A stretch of DNA of 64,000 nt from a virus, in IMG/VR virus record IMGVR_UViG_3300025431_000004, positions 7,430 through 71,429 of that record. One strand, given 5' to 3'. Shown here piece after piece: positions 37,251-48,030 of this stretch. Both the position numbers and the translations under genes were made by a program. The notes under the pieces are model-generated. The model had not been told where the DNA came from. It made no database searches and worked only from the letters and a program-made list of their open reading frames with translations. How positions within the stretch are numbered: the first letter of the stretch is position 1; every line of letters begins with the position of its first letter.

Positions 37251-38071
37251 TAGTAATACCTAAACCGTTTCTGGAATTCTGGGAACAAGTTGGTAATGTT
37301 GTCGCTAATATTGCCACTTATTATGCTCTCCCAATCTCTAGGCTTCATCGGTTTTACCGCCCCAGCGTTTCCATGGTGCGGGAACTTGTTGTTGTAAAGC
37401 TGATCAACGTCTTCTGCAGTATCCGTAACCAGTTCAAGATTGTGATCGAAAGCATCAAGCTCTAGGAAATCGTATATCTTAGCCATTTCTGTGCTTGGCT
37501 CTGATGTTAAGTCTTCAATTCGGACGTAAAGAACATCAGGTACAACCCTGTTCTGCAAGTCGTCAATTCCTTGAATACAACTTCCCAGTAAACCCTCGAT
37601 AGCGAACATATTCTCTGCCCGTTTAGCGACCGTTTGCTCATGCTGGTTGACCGTGGCATCCCAGAGAGCAGTTTTTCTATGTTGTTTCTCTACCGAACCG
37701 AAAACACCTCGTAAATCTCGAACTGTAACGATCATTTTTGACTGAGGGTACAAATGCCTCAACAACGCAGAGTTATGTGACCACCCTCTGCATTTATCAA
37801 AAACGGTCTTACCGGCTTTGATTTCTTCATCATACCATTTTTCGACAACCGATTGCATCGCAAGTCCGGCAAATTGCTCGACCTTACTGCGGTCGTTGAT
37901 GGCATACGACTTAAATTCATCACTGGTCGTTATTTGGTGCTGCATTGCTCTCAAAACTTGAAGAATCCCGCTAGTGCTGCTGGCGTGGAACTCCGGGTTT
38001 TGATTTAGTATATTACATAGTAGAGTACTACCCGATCTCGGAAGGCCGGTTATTACGTTTACACATCCCAT
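37250..38071 (-). CDS. PAPS-dependent sulfotransferase family protein
   Basis: ITGLPRSGSTLL (5'-PSB loop), VRDLRGVFGS (3'-PB), VRIEDL. Confidence 0.88.
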   Translation of the reverse strand: MGCVNVITGLPRSGSTLLCNILNQNPEFHASSTSGILQVLRAMQHQITTSDEFKSYAINDRSKVEQFAGLAMQSVVEKWYDEEIKAGKTVFDKCRGWSHNSALLRHLYPQSKMIVTVRDLRGVFGSVEKQHRKTALWDATVNQHEQTVAKRAENMFAIEGLLGSCIQGIDDLQNRVVPDVLYVRIEDLTSEPSTEMAKIYDFLELDAFDHNLELVTDTAEDVDQLYNNKFPHHGNAGAVKPMKPRDWESIISGNISDNITNLFPEFQKRFRYY

Positions 38072-38092
38072 TTTTTAACCTTTATTATCTTA

Positions 38093-39619
38093 TTATAGTG
38101 AAACTGTAATGCCGTTACTTCGGACTTTAACTACTCCTGCGTCCATGAAGAACATACCGTTCGCTAACACTCCCGGAACACCGTCTGCCATATGGAACAT
38201 CAACCCACCGTTACCAACTTGAACAGTGTTTGCTGTCGCGTTATTGCCTATGCCGAACTGGATAGCGCCGTCTGCACTGGCAATAATGTCGCCGTTGTTG
38301 GCAAAGCCCATAGCGACCGTACCTTTTCCTGACGAGGTAATGTTACTGGCTGTACCGTTAGCAAGTGAGTATCCCTGAGCAAATGCGCCTGCGCCGGTGG
38401 CGGCAAGTGTTGCATTTACTGCGCCTGACAACTGGCGACAGAAACCTTGCGTGAACGACCCTTCGCCTGAACCGGTTACTATCGCAGTCTGTACCGCAAT
38501 TTGGCTTCTGGCACGACCTTGCGTGAACGATCCTACCCCTTCACCGCTGATCTTAGCCTGCCCACCGTTGTATGAGTACACGCTTCCTGAAGTAAATCCG
38601 CCTTTCGACCCTGCTGTGTTCTCTACTGAAGCGCCGACACCGGCATTGTAAGATTTAACCTCACCGAACAATGCGCTTCCGTAACCTGCGTTTCTAACCG
38701 CAGCAGCAGATTGTCCCGCACTGACTTTACCGAAAGTAAAGTTGGCTTCATTGGTGTTTTCTAAAGTGGCTGCTTGATTGTAGCCGTAGCCATAGCCCAT
38801 CAAAAAACCACTCTTACAGTTGTTTGTTACGGTTACTGAAGCCGGGGTATACTGCGTGAACGTGTTGACCATCGTCAACGCTGCACCGGGTTTGTTAGTG
38901 TTGTCTGCTAAAGCGGTAACTGTGGCCGCACCCGAGGCGTATGATCCATGCTCACCGGTCAAGATACCAACATTGTCAGTTCCAGCAGTAACAGTTGCGT
39001 TGCCGTCATCTAGGATTCCACGGAATAGTTTAGAATCAACGATGTCACCGATTGCTGCTACGGCTGGTGCCACATTTAGGATGTTGAACTCGGCATCTAC
39101 AGTTGGTGATGTTGTTCCAGCTTTGGCCAATTTTGTGATCGCCAAGTGTGCGGCACCGGCTGCAGGTATCGCTTCCATGACTAAACCATTGACGTCTTTG
39201 ACGAGCATGGCACCGGCGAATCCGCCGAAATTGTCATCAATGAATAGGGCAAGAGTTACAGCAATAGCACCCACGCCTGAATTGATAATTTTACATTCAA
39301 TCTGCTCTGACGAATTAAAGTTGGTGTCCGTCTGGTTGGTTGAGAACGTGAGTGCTATCGCCTGATCAACCGTTATCTCAAAAGCCGTAGCTGTACCGTC
39401 CAGATCAATTGTTTGCGCGGCATTACCTCTCGCATCTATCTCTGAAACTGGAGCTGTTAGCCCTCCGCTTCCACCACCGCCCTGTAAAACCCAGTTAGCC
39501 GAGCTTGCGATACCGTTTGAAAGGTATAAATCACCGTTACTAGTATCAGTGTAGTGCTGGTTTAAACCGGTTGGTGTGAATAGTGGTGCGCCAACACCTG
39601 AATTACCATGTTCTGACAT
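38093..39619 (-). CDS. trimeric adhesin-like tail spike (YadA-head-like repeats)
   Basis: GVGSFTQG, GEGSFTQG, GAGAFAQG, GKGTVAMG repeats. Confidence 0.62.
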   Translation of the reverse strand: MSEHGNSGVGAPLFTPTGLNQHYTDTSNGDLYLSNGIASSANWVLQGGGGSGGLTAPVSEIDARGNAAQTIDLDGTATAFEITVDQAIALTFSTNQTDTNFNSSEQIECKIINSGVGAIAVTLALFIDDNFGGFAGAMLVKDVNGLVMEAIPAAGAAHLAITKLAKAGTTSPTVDAEFNILNVAPAVAAIGDIVDSKLFRGILDDGNATVTAGTDNVGILTGEHGSYASGAATVTALADNTNKPGAALTMVNTFTQYTPASVTVTNNCKSGFLMGYGYGYNQAATLENTNEANFTFGKVSAGQSAAAVRNAGYGSALFGEVKSYNAGVGASVENTAGSKGGFTSGSVYSYNGGQAKISGEGVGSFTQGRARSQIAVQTAIVTGSGEGSFTQGFCRQLSGAVNATLAATGAGAFAQGYSLANGTASNITSSGKGTVAMGFANNGDIIASADGAIQFGIGNNATANTVQVGNGGLMFHMADGVPGVLANGMFFMDAGVVKVRSNGITVSL

Positions 39620-39630
39620 TTTTATACCCT

Positions 39631-40140
39631 TTATTTATGTGCTGGTGCGTCAAATAGTGTCTCAATAGACCCGTCGGATCTTGCTTCTTTTAATGTTTTT
39701 CCATCATCACCAATCAATATTGATGAAGCATGAAACTTAGCCAAATCGTTTTGCACTTTTGCAGTCGCTCGTATACTGGCAAGTGTTCCAACAGGCCATA
39801 ATAACGGGGTTGTTCCTTCTACCCCACGAACCAAAAACATAATGTCCAATTCAAAATTTACCAAACTTACAGAAACAATTTCTATATCTGCTTGTGATGC
39901 ATCTGATAAAACCAAAGTTAGCGATAATCCTGTGGACTGCGTTGCAAAATCTATCGAATCTAGGATTAAATTTTCGTTATATGCTGCCCTTAGTGCATCT
40001 CTAAGAATGATTCCGTCTCCAACAATCAATTCTGCAAGGCCGGTTGTGTTTGCTTCAAGAGCATCACCAACAGGAGTTAATACGCCTTGTGATAGAGATA
40101 TAGATGTGACATTAGCAATAAGTGGTGCGGTATTACTCAT
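39631..40140 (-). CDS. tail tip protein
   Basis: RGVEGTTPLLWPVG motif; position. Confidence 0.6.
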   Translation of the reverse strand: MSNTAPLIANVTSISLSQGVLTPVGDALEANTTGLAELIVGDGIILRDALRAAYNENLILDSIDFATQSTGLSLTLVLSDASQADIEIVSVSLVNFELDIMFLVRGVEGTTPLLWPVGTLASIRATAKVQNDLAKFHASSILIGDDGKTLKEARSDGSIETLFDAPAHK

Positions 40141-40149
40141 TTTTATTCC

Positions 40150-40530
40150 TTAAGCATTCGGGTCGATGTCAGCATAGTTTATAACTACATCTGCAAGTTG
40201 AGAATCTTTGAAATTGATAGTTTCAACATTATTGAAGACTAAAGTAAAAAATCCATCTGATGAGGTTATTACCTGATCGGTTGCATGATATGTTCTAGTC
40301 TTATCTATTCCGTCAATTACGCCTTCAAGCTCGGTCAAAGGTGATGCAATACCGACACCTGAACCTTCTGCTGTACTTGCAGCATTTGGAGCAAAGCTAG
40401 TCTGTTGAGCGACATCTGCTTTGATCTTTCCTTGACCCAGAATGTTACGTTTTCTCTTTTTTGGTATTAAAGAGTTGAGATCCCTTACAACATCAGTATC
40501 AAATCTGTTTTTAGAGTCTGAAGTCGCCAT
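40150..40530 (-). CDS. tail tip protein
   Basis: GIASPLTE, TSSDGFFT motifs; position. Confidence 0.6.
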   Translation of the reverse strand: MATSDSKNRFDTDVVRDLNSLIPKKRKRNILGQGKIKADVAQQTSFAPNAASTAEGSGVGIASPLTELEGVIDGIDKTRTYHATDQVITSSDGFFTLVFNNVETINFKDSQLADVVINYADIDPNA

Positions 40531-40943
40531 TATTGTGAACCTTCTGCACCATTAGGAAGAGAAAATTGTAAGCCTGTGTCTTTTCCAGTGAATCCAAACA
40601 GAGAAGTATATCTAACGAATATCTGAACTGCATTGGCATCCCCAGAAAGTATCTCTAACCCCAAATCCAATGATTGCACAATGCTGGTATCAAGACCTAT
40701 CAAACTATTGGCGACAACAAAATCTGTTGCGTTGACACCAGCAGCAGGATTTAAATCCTCAAATGTTATCGTCAATTGGTTTGCAGGATTTACCCTGTTG
40801 AATGCTCTTTTCCCAACAGCCAATGAGCCAAAGAAGAAGCTTGCGTCAACATCAACTGTTACACCCGGAGTAGCCTGAAATGGAATTATACTCACTGGTA
40901 TAGTCAGAGCTGCATCGGAAAAGAACCCGAATGTTGTTGTCAT
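40530..40943 (-). CDS. tail tip protein
   Basis: FGFFSDAALT N-terminus; coupled. Confidence 0.6.
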   Translation of the reverse strand: MTTTFGFFSDAALTIPVSIIPFQATPGVTVDVDASFFFGSLAVGKRAFNRVNPANQLTITFEDLNPAAGVNATDFVVANSLIGLDTSIVQSLDLGLEILSGDANAVQIFVRYTSLFGFTGKDTGLQFSLPNGAEGSQ

Positions 40944-42790
40944 TAAATTTCCCCTAAATCAAGTTCGTCGTTTGGTATCGACATTATATACTCACTTTGT
41001 GCATTAAACGACTGATCTCCTTGATCATCATCATTTACTTCTGGAGAAATTAGTTGTAAACCCTCTGTTTCAAACTCTTGACCACCTAGAGAGATTTTTC
41101 TATTCAATGCAAATACGTTTTGGTCCACTATATCTGGCAAAGTTATGTCACCTGTAGCCGCAATTACAGTTTGTACCTCAAATGAAGGTCTAGTGCCACC
41201 TGTGCCTTGTGGTGTTGTATTTGGTCTTGGTGGCGCAACAGAAAAATCTGAGTCAGCAACGACTAATGATGAATATGTTGCGCTTACCTTGATCTCTGTC
41301 GATGTCTTTGCTGCTCCAGTACCAATATCTAGAACATGAACAAATTTAAAGACTTTTCCGCTTGCTCTAACATTATCAGTGTTTATTCTGTTGTATTGGG
41401 AAAGCTCTAAAGACGGCCTTATTGCCGTGGTAACAATAAAAATATTGTCTCTATGTTCTAATAAAATATCTGTTCTTAGCTGGTTCAGTATTGATAAGAA
41501 TGCTTTTGAAAATCTGTCAGCATCTTCCTGATCAGAAAAAGAATCGCCGTTTGCAAGCGTTTGTGGAAATGTAGCAACAGGCAAATCGCCAGAGTTAAAA
41601 TCAGAATCGTCAAATTCAACATCAACTGAAGTAGAATCGTTTAAGGGTTGCAAACCAAAACTCTCAATAGATTGAGGTGCAATCAACGTAATATCAAATG
41701 CCTCTGTTATAGTCTTTGAAAACTTTGTTTGTGAGGTTCCTGTAAATCCATTATTGATTACTTTTCTCACCTCTTCAGTGGCGAAGAATATGTTGGTTGG
41801 CACACCATTCCCGTTACAATCATAAGCTCCATTGTCGGGTAATGGAACTAATGTTAAGTCTTTGATTGCGTCTCCAACACCGTTCAATGCAGAATCAACA
41901 GCATCATTGGTCAAGAACTTTTCAACAAGAAATGTTTTGCATGGATTGGTTCCTGACCATGAATATTTTAATTCTCTATTCACCAATCTAGTGAATCTAC
42001 TATCAAATTTTAGATTTACTTGATTAGTTAGATCAATAAATCGAGCAATTTGATTATCTATTGATAGATCTTCTATTACATCTTCACCAAGGGTTTCATT
42101 TATTGCTTGTATTGCCCATTCAGATCTAACAATATTGCCATTTCTATCTTTTTCTATGCTTACAGGAACAGTTTCTTTTAATTCTGTAAGATACTCGAAT
42201 CCAACTGTGTCTTCATCAAACACATCATCTGATGGAAATCCATTAACCAAGTTTTCAATTTGTGTTTTGGTCATTTTATCAACGACTATTGGCAAATCAT
42301 CGACGCAAGAGAATGACAAAACGCTATCCGTAGCATCATATTGAACAACATCAATAATACCGGTAAATATCCTCTCGTTTAACACCTCTAGACCATTAAC
42401 AAACTCTAAATAGTCGATAGTTACAGACTTTCCTATAAAATCTTTAAGATCATTTACGGCAGGACTCAAAACTGAGAACTCACCAAGCCTAGAATTATTT
42501 TCTTCCGCCTCGACTGTGACCTGACCAAATAGGTTTTCTGATATATCAACCGAGTCTATGAATATTCTAGTTTTCCATTTGTTGCCAACAGAAACAGAAT
42601 TTTCAAACTGGCTGACGATAACGGGTAAGACTAGATCAAATACATCTGCGGCCTCAACAGAAACAGGTAATAGTAGATCGAAGTTTTCTATAGTTTCAAT
42701 AGAAGCAGGTAGAAGCAGATCAAAATCTATCTGTGTCTCGGTTGCCCCAGCTATATTAAAACTACCAATTACACCATCAGCAATAGACAT
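40943..42790 (-). CDS. baseplate hub / Tal-like tail protein
   Basis: Position after Dit; RIFTGIID motif. Confidence 0.65.
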   Translation of the reverse strand: MSIADGVIGSFNIAGATETQIDFDLLLPASIETIENFDLLLPVSVEAADVFDLVLPVIVSQFENSVSVGNKWKTRIFIDSVDISENLFGQVTVEAEENNSRLGEFSVLSPAVNDLKDFIGKSVTIDYLEFVNGLEVLNERIFTGIIDVVQYDATDSVLSFSCVDDLPIVVDKMTKTQIENLVNGFPSDDVFDEDTVGFEYLTELKETVPVSIEKDRNGNIVRSEWAIQAINETLGEDVIEDLSIDNQIARFIDLTNQVNLKFDSRFTRLVNRELKYSWSGTNPCKTFLVEKFLTNDAVDSALNGVGDAIKDLTLVPLPDNGAYDCNGNGVPTNIFFATEEVRKVINNGFTGTSQTKFSKTITEAFDITLIAPQSIESFGLQPLNDSTSVDVEFDDSDFNSGDLPVATFPQTLANGDSFSDQEDADRFSKAFLSILNQLRTDILLEHRDNIFIVTTAIRPSLELSQYNRINTDNVRASGKVFKFVHVLDIGTGAAKTSTEIKVSATYSSLVVADSDFSVAPPRPNTTPQGTGGTRPSFEVQTVIAATGDITLPDIVDQNVFALNRKISLGGQEFETEGLQLISPEVNDDDQGDQSFNAQSEYIMSIPNDELDLGEI

Positions 42791-42793
42791 AAA

Positions 42794-43315
42794 TTAAGCC
42801 AACTCTTCTTCGCATTCGATAGACCAACTGAACACCCTTTCGTTTATATCAGATGTATCTTGTACATCTAATATAAATACAGTCATTCTCGGATAATATG
42901 TAATTATATAATCATCGGCATCTGCTATTGCAGTTATCGTTACATCATTCCCTACTATCGAGAACTCAGCCTCAAAAATATCATCTCCTACTATTGCAGA
43001 AACTTCAATATCGACATCGGGCCTAATCACTCTTGGAATAGTGAAAAGTAAAGATCCAGATGTCAATTCAGACATTGGTGCAATACAATCTAAAGTTAAT
43101 GGAACGGTTTTGTCAATATTTCTAATTGGTGCAGGCAGCAAACCTGTTCCAGAAATACTTGTTGAGAATCCCTCCCAATGAGTCTGTTTTATCAGCTTTC
43201 CACTCAATGTTCGGAAACTGCTAGTGCCACCAATATCGTTGTATGTTTGGTTAATTTGGAATCTACTTTGCATGTAGATTCTTATTCCTGCAATTACTAA
43301 GCTATCTATTTGCAT
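42794..43315 (-). CDS. distal tail (Dit-like) protein
   Basis: Immediately after TMP; RTLSGKLIKQTHW. Confidence 0.62.
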   Translation of the reverse strand: MQIDSLVIAGIRIYMQSRFQINQTYNDIGGTSSFRTLSGKLIKQTHWEGFSTSISGTGLLPAPIRNIDKTVPLTLDCIAPMSELTSGSLLFTIPRVIRPDVDIEVSAIVGDDIFEAEFSIVGNDVTITAIADADDYIITYYPRMTVFILDVQDTSDINERVFSWSIECEEELA

Positions 43316-46300
43316 TATCGTCTTCTTCTCTTACCAGTTTTTAACGATTGTCTCTTCAGTGCTAGATTAAACTCTTCAACTGATGAGTTGTCAAAGTCGC
43401 CTGACAAAGGAGGCATATTTGGTACATTTATCACACCTGCAGATTTTGATCTTTGTTGTGATTGTGTAGATGGTGAAACGTTACCACCAGATATATCAGA
43501 TATTGGTTTTGATCCATTAACATCATTCATAAAACCTAAACCAAGCTCTTTAACCCTAGCAGCTCTGACCATAAATTCATTCTTGCTTGCTTGAATAGTA
43601 TTCTTATCCGCTGTTGGACCACCGGTTCCTCTAACCAAACCACCTCCAGCAAGTCTTTGATTCCTAGTTGATGACAGGTCTAGATTATCAATTTGGTCAA
43701 TGAATTTCTGTCTTGAACCACTGCTTATTCCTGCATCTTGATTACTTTGAAGCTGTTTTGGTATGGTTACTGTTCCTGTACTACTTAAAACAGTCTTGCC
43801 ACCATTTGCATTTATTCCAGTTGAGCCAAATTGTTGACCACCTTTACTTCGTCCGCTTGATCCAAACCTTTGGTCTGGGTCTGGGGTAACACTAGAACCG
43901 GCTTTAACCTCAGTTACAATTACCTTTTTGTTGGCGGTTCTTGATGCATTTTCATGCAAAGCGTTGGCTTTTGCTGTTGCTTCTGTTGTATCAGCATCAA
44001 CTGGTTTTTCTTCAGGTTTTTTAGCATTATCGGCAAGTGTTGAGATTTTCTTCTCAGCATCACCAGTGTTGGCATCAATACGTTTTTTAAGAACTTCTTC
44101 TCTATTCTTAGTATTTTTTGATATAGATTCTAGAACATCATCGGAACCTGATTTTGGATCGTTTTTCTTAGGGTCTGAATTTGAAACAATATCAGATTCT
44201 TGCCTTAGAGAAGATAAGTCATTAACCAGACTTTTAACCATTGCAGAGGTATTTTTTAGAATATTCTCGGTATTTCCAAGATTTAATTCGCTAGGCTCTG
44301 TCAGCTTATTGGTCAACAACTCAAGCTGTTTTTGGAAATTGGATAATAGTTCTTTTGACTTAGAAACTCTTTCCTGAAGCTGGTTTATAAGTTCTGGCTG
44401 AATTTTGTTTAATGCTTTGTCAGCTTTCGCTATTTCTCTCTTTGCTCTATTTTGATCAGATAGAGCAGATCGTACTTGGCCTTCTGTTTTGGCTGAGTCC
44501 TCTCTGTTTTCAGCAATACTTAAGGCTCTTTGTGCTGCTTCTTTTTGTAGCTGAATTAGCTTCTCTGCACCCTTAATATCACCTTTGGAAGCAGCAGAAC
44601 TAGCATCACGACCAAGCTTTTGTGCTTGGTTGATTTGTTTAAATAACTCAACTGGAGAATCTGATTCTGATATTCTAGAATTTATATCTCCTTGTAATCT
44701 TTGTATTTCAGATTGTGCATCGCTAATACTACTTTTAAGCTTTCCAATAACACCGTTGATCAAGCTTTCTTGTCTTTTTACTTGATCTTCAACAGCTTTG
44801 GTTTCGGCCTTAAGAAGTTTTGTTCTGGCTTTCAAGAAATCTTCTTGGGTTTTTATTTTACCGTTAGTAAGCTTCCCAAATATTTCTATTTCTTTACCAG
44901 CACCAGCTTTTGCTAGTCTCTCTTGTTCTTTAAGTTTTGATATTTCATTCTTTAAATCTTTCTGTCTAGAGATCTCTTTTTGATCAAGAACATTATCTGC
45001 ACTTAACGCAAGCTCATCTTCAAATTTCTTTAAAGAATCCTGAGTTTTTTGTAGGAACTCTTTAGCACTTAGACCATCTGCTTTTGCTAGATCCTGTCCC
45101 TGTCTTTTGAAATTTTCAAATAGATCTGATCTTATCTTCTCAGCTTTTGCAGACTCAATCGTCAATTGTTTGAACCCAGCAACAGATCCACCATCAGAAT
45201 TTATTTTTTCTCTGATAGCATCTACCGATTGTGTCTGCTCAGTGAGAACACCTTCTAAAATCTTACCGTCTTTTCTTATCGACTTGATGAGATCTTCTTG
45301 AAGATCAGAAATGACTTTATTCTGTTCTTGGTTTTGCTTTACATCCGCATTTGTTTCTTCATTAGTAGATAAACGGCCTCTACCAATATTTCTAGCATTC
45401 TGTTGTTCTTTTATTAGTTTTAGTTTTTCTCTCTCTTGCTGGATAGACTTTTCTAGAAATTTAGTCTCTGCATCGGAAGATGTATCTTTGGAGCGAGCAA
45501 TAATAGTTTCATTGATTGCTTCATTAAGCTTGCTGATCTTATCTCTAAGTACATCAACCTGACCTGCGAACTTATCTTGATTAGCAGCAATTTCAGAATT
45601 TTCATTAAATAGAGATACTGCATCTGATACCAAAGAAAATACAGCAGTTACAGCAGCTAGCTCTAGGGCCATAACCCCTATTCCAGCAGCAGCAACACCA
45701 GCAGCAGTACCAACCGATCTAAGACCTGTGGCTAACCCCTTTGCTGAGTTTTTAGCTTTATCTAGTCTTGATGGATCAGGTCCATTAAAATTTTGTCTGC
45801 TCTGTCTGTCACTGAAAGATTTATTCTGTGCAGCAATACTCTTGGCCAAAACATTATTTTGAGTAGCCAAAACAGCAGTAGCTCTAGACTGAAGCTGTAG
45901 TTGTTGGAGCCTTTCGAATGATTGTTTTTGACCTAATCCAGTAATTTGTATGAATTTTTGTCTGATAAGGTCAGCAGATGAAGCAGCCTTTCCAGATGCA
46001 GCAGCTGTTGATCCTAACGATTTTACTGTGGTTGCACCTAAATCTCTTGCAGCAAGCTTTGCTAATACGAATTTTGCTGCTAGTCCAGCAGCTAGGACTT
46101 GAACAATATCGATGATGTCTGGGAACTTTGCAAAAACTCCTAGAATTGCTCCACCAGTACTGGTTATTTCACTGAAGGCGTTTAACAACTCTGGTATCTG
46201 ATTGCCAATGTCCTCAATGAATTTTGCAACACCCTCAAATAGAGGTTTTAGATCAAGATCACCACTATTAATTGAAGCTGTCAGTTTATCCAAGCTATCA

Positions 46301-47340
46301 CTAACAATGTTTAGTAAACCAGACGACTCAACAGAATCTTTGACGAATTTCTGAAATGAGTTGCTAACCCTATTTAGCTGAGCTGTTAAAGTGTTTTTAA
46401 GTGGTTCAAATGCAGCATTGATTTCATCTGTTGAATTTATTAGTGCTTCCGCAAATATTTTAGAACTAATCGCCCCCTCGAGAACTAATTTTCTCAACTG
46501 ACCACTAGTTACGCCTAATTGTTCTGCAACTACATTTGCAACAAAAGGAATGTTCTCCAAAATCGAGTTCATTTCCTCAGCACGAACTATCCCAGAACTA
46601 AAAGCTTGTGATAGCTGAATAAGACCGGCTCTAAGATTAGCCTGACTTGCCCCAGACGCAATTGCCGCCTTACTGATATTATCCAACAGAACGGTGGTTT
46701 CAGCAGAATTCAAACCAAGATCTTTAGTAGCTAAAGCAACCCTTGTATAAATATCAACTAGGGGCTTTATCTCAATACCAGCAGTATTTGCAGATTTTGC
46801 GATTAGTTCAAAACGGTTATTAACGTCACCAGTAGATTTGGCAATAGAATTTGTTCTGGCTTCTAATACCTTGAAGGCATCTGCGGTTTGAATCAGACCA
46901 GTAATTAGTGTGGTACTTGATCTTAACGCAAACAAAGTCCCTAAGACTGCTGATGCAGTTCTCCCTAACGCGATTGTAGAGCGTAAAGCAGCACCTTGCT
47001 TACCAATGGATAGGATAGACTTATTGGTAGAGCTAGTAAGGCTATCGTTAGCAACAGACAGTCTATTGGTTGAATTTGTAGCCTTGGTCGTCTCAACAGA
47101 ATTTTTAGAAACGGCAGATGAGTTTTTATTAACTGCATTAGTTAGTCTGGAATAGACTAGGGCGGACTTTTCAGAAGAAGTTTGCACATTTGATATTTTG
47201 TCACGGAGCTTATCAAACGAATTTGTGTCAGAAACCTTTTTCATTTGGGTTTCTAGCTTCTTAAAGCTATTGCCAGTTTTTACAAGCAATGGCGTTATTT
47301 TATCAACGCCTTCCAGTATAAGCTTTACGTTTTCAGCCAT
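43315..47340 (-). CDS. tape measure protein
   Basis: 1341 aa helical; QLSQAFSSGIVRAEEMNSILE; GGLVRGTGGPTAD...NEFMV. Confidence 0.92.
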   Translation of the reverse strand: MAENVKLILEGVDKITPLLVKTGNSFKKLETQMKKVSDTNSFDKLRDKISNVQTSSEKSALVYSRLTNAVNKNSSAVSKNSVETTKATNSTNRLSVANDSLTSSTNKSILSIGKQGAALRSTIALGRTASAVLGTLFALRSSTTLITGLIQTADAFKVLEARTNSIAKSTGDVNNRFELIAKSANTAGIEIKPLVDIYTRVALATKDLGLNSAETTVLLDNISKAAIASGASQANLRAGLIQLSQAFSSGIVRAEEMNSILENIPFVANVVAEQLGVTSGQLRKLVLEGAISSKIFAEALINSTDEINAAFEPLKNTLTAQLNRVSNSFQKFVKDSVESSGLLNIVSDSLDKLTASINSGDLDLKPLFEGVAKFIEDIGNQIPELLNAFSEITSTGGAILGVFAKFPDIIDIVQVLAAGLAAKFVLAKLAARDLGATTVKSLGSTAAASGKAASSADLIRQKFIQITGLGQKQSFERLQQLQLQSRATAVLATQNNVLAKSIAAQNKSFSDRQSRQNFNGPDPSRLDKAKNSAKGLATGLRSVGTAAGVAAAGIGVMALELAAVTAVFSLVSDAVSLFNENSEIAANQDKFAGQVDVLRDKISKLNEAINETIIARSKDTSSDAETKFLEKSIQQEREKLKLIKEQQNARNIGRGRLSTNEETNADVKQNQEQNKVISDLQEDLIKSIRKDGKILEGVLTEQTQSVDAIREKINSDGGSVAGFKQLTIESAKAEKIRSDLFENFKRQGQDLAKADGLSAKEFLQKTQDSLKKFEDELALSADNVLDQKEISRQKDLKNEISKLKEQERLAKAGAGKEIEIFGKLTNGKIKTQEDFLKARTKLLKAETKAVEDQVKRQESLINGVIGKLKSSISDAQSEIQRLQGDINSRISESDSPVELFKQINQAQKLGRDASSAASKGDIKGAEKLIQLQKEAAQRALSIAENREDSAKTEGQVRSALSDQNRAKREIAKADKALNKIQPELINQLQERVSKSKELLSNFQKQLELLTNKLTEPSELNLGNTENILKNTSAMVKSLVNDLSSLRQESDIVSNSDPKKNDPKSGSDDVLESISKNTKNREEVLKKRIDANTGDAEKKISTLADNAKKPEEKPVDADTTEATAKANALHENASRTANKKVIVTEVKAGSSVTPDPDQRFGSSGRSKGGQQFGSTGINANGGKTVLSSTGTVTIPKQLQSNQDAGISSGSRQKFIDQIDNLDLSSTRNQRLAGGGLVRGTGGPTADKNTIQASKNEFMVRAARVKELGLGFMNDVNGSKPISDISGGNVSPSTQSQQRSKSAGVINVPNMPPLSGDFDNSSVEEFNLALKRQSLKTGKRRRR

Positions 47341-47651
47341 TTTTCAAATCCGCTAGTATTACCGTGAGTAACATCCCACATAATCCTCATGTGGGTTTTT
47401 AATTTATCTTTTTCATATTCCGTCAGAGAATGAGATATTACTGTTAGGGTGTTCATTGTCATTTCCCCTATTTCAGATATTCTGTAATAAGGTATTAATC
47501 CTTCAATGGATGAATCTAATCTACCTTTGAAGGTTACTTCTGACTCTAACTTTTCTGGCTTTGGTTTTGCTCTAATTCCGGGTTTATGAGGTCTGTCGCC
47601 TGAGCTTCTAAGTTCACGATCACGTCGAGAACTTTTATTATTAACTTTCCC
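47325..47651 (-). CDS. -1 frameshift extension of tail chaperone (gpGT-like)
   Basis: GGGAAAG at 47651-47645; -1 frame open to TAA at 47327-47325. Confidence 0.78.
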   Translation of the reverse strand, partial: GKVNNKSSRRDRELRSSGDRPHKPGIRAKPKPEKLESEVTFKGRLDSSIEGLIPYYRISEIGEMTMNTLTVISHSLTEYEKDKLKTHMRIMWDVTHGNTSGFEKWLKT

Positions 47652-47959
47652 AACACTTCACCATCTATTTTTGATAATTCTAAGATAGTAAGAATGCAGT
47701 TGAGCTGGTCACCAAGAGGCAGTTTTGAAACTTGTTCAACGGTCAATTCACACGACAAGGAAATCATCTTGTAGCAGTAATCAGGCCATTCAACGAATAA
47801 TTTGTTCACATCTAATTTATTTGTGAATATGTCTTCTGTTAATTTTGTGTCAAATTTGAATAGTTTGGCGAAGCTCTTTAGGTTTAAAGCATTAACGACT
47901 ATTTTTCCTGACTGTATTTCTATTTCTTTACTACTTTCGACTAATACTGATAGTGACAT
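47546..47959 (-). CDS. tail assembly chaperone (gpG-like)
   Basis: Between tail tube and TMP; contains G-GGA-AAG slippery site. Confidence 0.8.
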   Translation of the reverse strand: MSLSVLVESSKEIEIQSGKIVVNALNLKSFAKLFKFDTKLTEDIFTNKLDVNKLFVEWPDYCYKMISLSCELTVEQVSKLPLGDQLNCILTILELSKIDGEVLGKLIIKVLDVIVNLEAQATDLINPELEQNQSQKS

Positions 47960-48030
47960 TTAAATGCACCTTATTGTTTTGTTTTAATGGATGTAACCTA
48001 CCCTTGTGGGAGGGTAGGAAACGGGGGAAA

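Noticed and set aside
21752-39619. Diversity-generating retroelement or invertible fibre switch
   Set aside because: No reverse transcriptase, invertase or TR/VR near-duplicate noticed in the window
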